NCBI GenBank assembly: GCA_002269645.1
Contig: NIVC01000067.1
Location: 1,054,001 to 1,118,000 of the forward strand
Length of the DNA stretch: 64,000 nt
Direction of reading: 5' to 3'
DNA from: Macrostomum lignano
Lineage: Eukaryota
Part shown: one piece after another, positions 61,344-64,000 of the stretch
Layout of the letters: every line of letters starts with the position of its first letter
Numbering within the stretch: the first letter of the stretch is position 1
Notes under the pieces: generated by a model
Database searches by the model: none
The model's input: the letters and a program-made list of their open reading frames with translations, nothing else
Told to the model about the DNA's origin: nothing
Program-made: the position numbers and the translations under genes

Positions 61344-63729
61344 ATGTCAGCCGCCACAGTCAGCCCGGAGCTGCAGCGCTTTGAAGCTTGGCGCCTGGTT
61401 CTGGTTGGCCGCCTGATTGTCAACACCGCTGCCATTGTGCTGAACCTGCTGTGCTGCCTGCTGCTGGCCAAGCTGTGCCGCTGTCGCAAGTCCCACACAG
61501 GTATTGGGTCGCTGCTGTACCTCAGCTACGCCGAGCTGACGCTGGGTGTCACCTCCCAGCTGTTCTCCGTGCTGTTCTTGGCGTCCCACAACAGCGAGGA
61601 GGACCACGCCAGGACCAGCCCGCTGGAGCACAACAGGGTGGCCGTTCTCGCGGCCTTGGCCAGTTCGGGCAGCTTGAAGCACGCCTCGCTGTTCCTCAGG
61701 CAGTGGTGGGTGGCCGGTCTGGTGCTGCTGCACTGCCTCGCCTGCTTGGCCCGGCGTCTCGGCCGCCCCCAGCTGGCCAGCCGCCTGTCCGGCCGGGCCC
61801 TCGTCAGCCGCTTCTACCGCCTGCTGCTGCTGCTGGGCGCGAGTTTCGGCCTCGTCCGTCTGGTGGCCGAGAAGATTCCCGAATATTTCCGAGCTTACTA
61901 CATCCCCGAGGCGAGGCACACGGCGATTCACCGGGCGCTGTACGTGCTGGAGTTCCACGTGCCGCCGCTGCTGGCTCTGCCTGGCTGTGTGGCGCTGGCC
62001 GTCTTGCTATGGCTGCTACGACCGCCCGCGGCAACGACTGCTGCTAGGAGCAAAGCTGTTGCTGCTGCTGTGGATACCGGTGATGGGGGTCTTGTTGGAC
62101 CGCAGCTGCTGCCGATGATGCAGGAGCAGCCGCAGCATCAGGGACAGCATTATGTTCAGCAGCTGCCCATCACCTGGTCGAGGAAATGTTCTCAGGTGAG
62201 TTCCGCAGCTGCGTCTGATGGGTTTTTGTCAGGTGCGTAAAAATGTCAGCGGTTTCCTGACACTCCGTCAGGTGTTGTCAGAAAATAATGACAGATGATT
62301 CTGTCAGTTGGTTCTGTCAGATGATTCTGTCAGATGATTCCGTCAGATAATACTGTCAAATGATTCTGTTAGCTGATGCTACATAATCCTGTCAGTTGAA
62401 TCGCATCCTTGTCAGAAAAAGCTGTCAGAAACAGACTTACTGTCAGGAAGTCCCATCTACTGACAACAGGCAAAAGCAGAGCCGCACATCAGACGATCGA
62501 TGCTTGCATGAGGCTGGGAATAATTTTCTTTACTTTTTCCGGTATACAGAGAGTAGAAACAGCCAAGTACGCAGACAGGCTGAAAATGATTCATTAAATC
62601 ACCAGACCGTCTCAGAATGTAGCATTTTTTCAAGCTCCCATCATAACGGAAAAGTAAGCGTTTTTTGCTATTATTCTGCAGACTCAACTGCGCGCGCAGA
62701 GTCTTTAATGTTTTTTCCTCATTTGTAGCGATTGAAAAAAAGCCGGAAAATCTCGTCGTGACACGATTTTTAAGAAAAAAAAACAAATTTTACGAAAGTC
62801 ACGCTTTCCTAGAAATAAATTGACGGCAGGGAAGAGTTTTTGTTTTTTTGAAAACTGTTATCTTGAAGACTATGCATTATAAAGATGTCTAAGAATACTA
62901 ATATTATCCATATCTGTATCCACATCTAATTAATTTCCCTAACTTCAAATTACTTGTAATGATGTTAAATCCTATTCCAACAGTTAATAAAAAACCATAC
63001 AATGTGCACGTGCGTTGAAAATCTCTGTTGCTTGAATCCCCGACCGCAGGGACTTGAGAGTTCCTCTCATAAAAGCTTTAATTGAAACTGAAGATATTCA
63101 TTCATTTCCACTGAAAATAAGGGCTACAATGGTCTTTTAAGTCTGTTATTGTCACTGAGTGGCCAATATCACTGAGATATATATGTTCTCGTAACCATAT
63201 CCGTGTGGTCTGTCTAAAAACCTCTGTAACCATAACTTCCCGTAGGCGTATCCATGAACTCTGTTAACAACTATACCATTTCCTGGAAACTTGAATTCAA
63301 AATGGTAGGAAATCACTTTCCAGGAAATCGAGTTCCTCAAAACACCGGTTATTAAAATCAGAATATAGAATTCTAATTTAATAAATTTATTTGAAAAAGA
63401 ATTTTTGTCTTGGAAAATGGTTTCTCAATTCAAGTATTTTAACCCCTGCATCCGCACCGCAGCTGATTCTCACCATCGGCTTACTGTTCATAGTCTGCCA
63501 GGGACCGCTAATCTTCATGGACAGAGTCGACTCTGAGACACTGCTCTACATCAACCTGCAGGATCTGGCCATCTCCCTGTTCGGCTGCAGCCATTTCGCT
63601 GTGCTGGCTTGGTACAGCTCAGCGTTCAGGCGCAAGCTGGCCATCATGTGCACCTGCACTGTGACCCCAGACACCGCACAGCAGGCCGACACAGTGCTTG
63701 ACAGTTGCTGTCAAATGGTTGAAGTGTAG
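61344..63729 (+). CDS. Divergent seven-transmembrane receptor (class A GPCR-like), ~372 aa
   Basis: Exons 61344-62195 (start could be elsewhere near 61320) and 63463-63729, phase 0. About seven hydrophobic segments, including TM1 IVLNLLCCLLL, TM6 LFIVCQGP and TM7/helix-8 HFAVLAWYSSAFRRKL. Confidence 0.75.
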
Positions 63730-64000
63730 CCCCATCTCTACCATACAGGACATTCGCTTTCTAATTGGTTGCGTCTGAAAGCATCCCAACCACTTGGGAA
63801 TTTCGGCTTCTGACCATAGACAAAACTGACTTGCTTTCGCAATGAACAGGATCCAGTCAGTTCAAAATGGCAGTCCTTTTTGGCACCACCGTTAGAAATT
63901 AGAACCAGAGAATGGTCTTCAGATGGAATGGTCTAATCCTCATGGTTTCATGCACACATGGTTTGATTGTAATGTGTAGTGTTGTAGGTCTTTTTTAAAA

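Overview
Eukaryotic (animal) genomic DNA. GC-rich exons with poly-P/Q/A runs sit among introns that are mostly filled by minisatellites, a style that fits a macrostomid flatworm such as Macrostomum lignano (species is an inference only). Seven spliced protein-coding genes were assembled by hand from GT-AG sites with consistent intron phases: PITPNM/rdgB (+, 14 exons, 1966-20881), a 4-exon orphan disordered protein (-, 22443-26718), an ankyrin-repeat protein (+, 31164-33828), TRIM37 (+, 7 exons, 37751-47629), WDR82 (+, 48878-50420), a strongly divergent ETS-domain gene (-, 5'-incomplete, 52198-53991) and a divergent 7TM receptor (+, 61344-63729). Mobile DNA comprises two tRNA-derived SINE families, a deleted mariner, a decayed Ty3/Gypsy pol carrying a MITE, a hAT-type MITE and a 46-bp micro-element with TIRs and an 8-bp TSD. 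About 30 tandem arrays are present, and most long ORFs in the supplied track are artefacts of them. No rRNA, genuine tRNA or CRISPR array was seen. The most unusual signals are arrays built from or rich in splice-site sequence, one core shared by arrays at distant loci, inverted array pairs, and the divergent ETS gene. All alignments and counts were done by eye.
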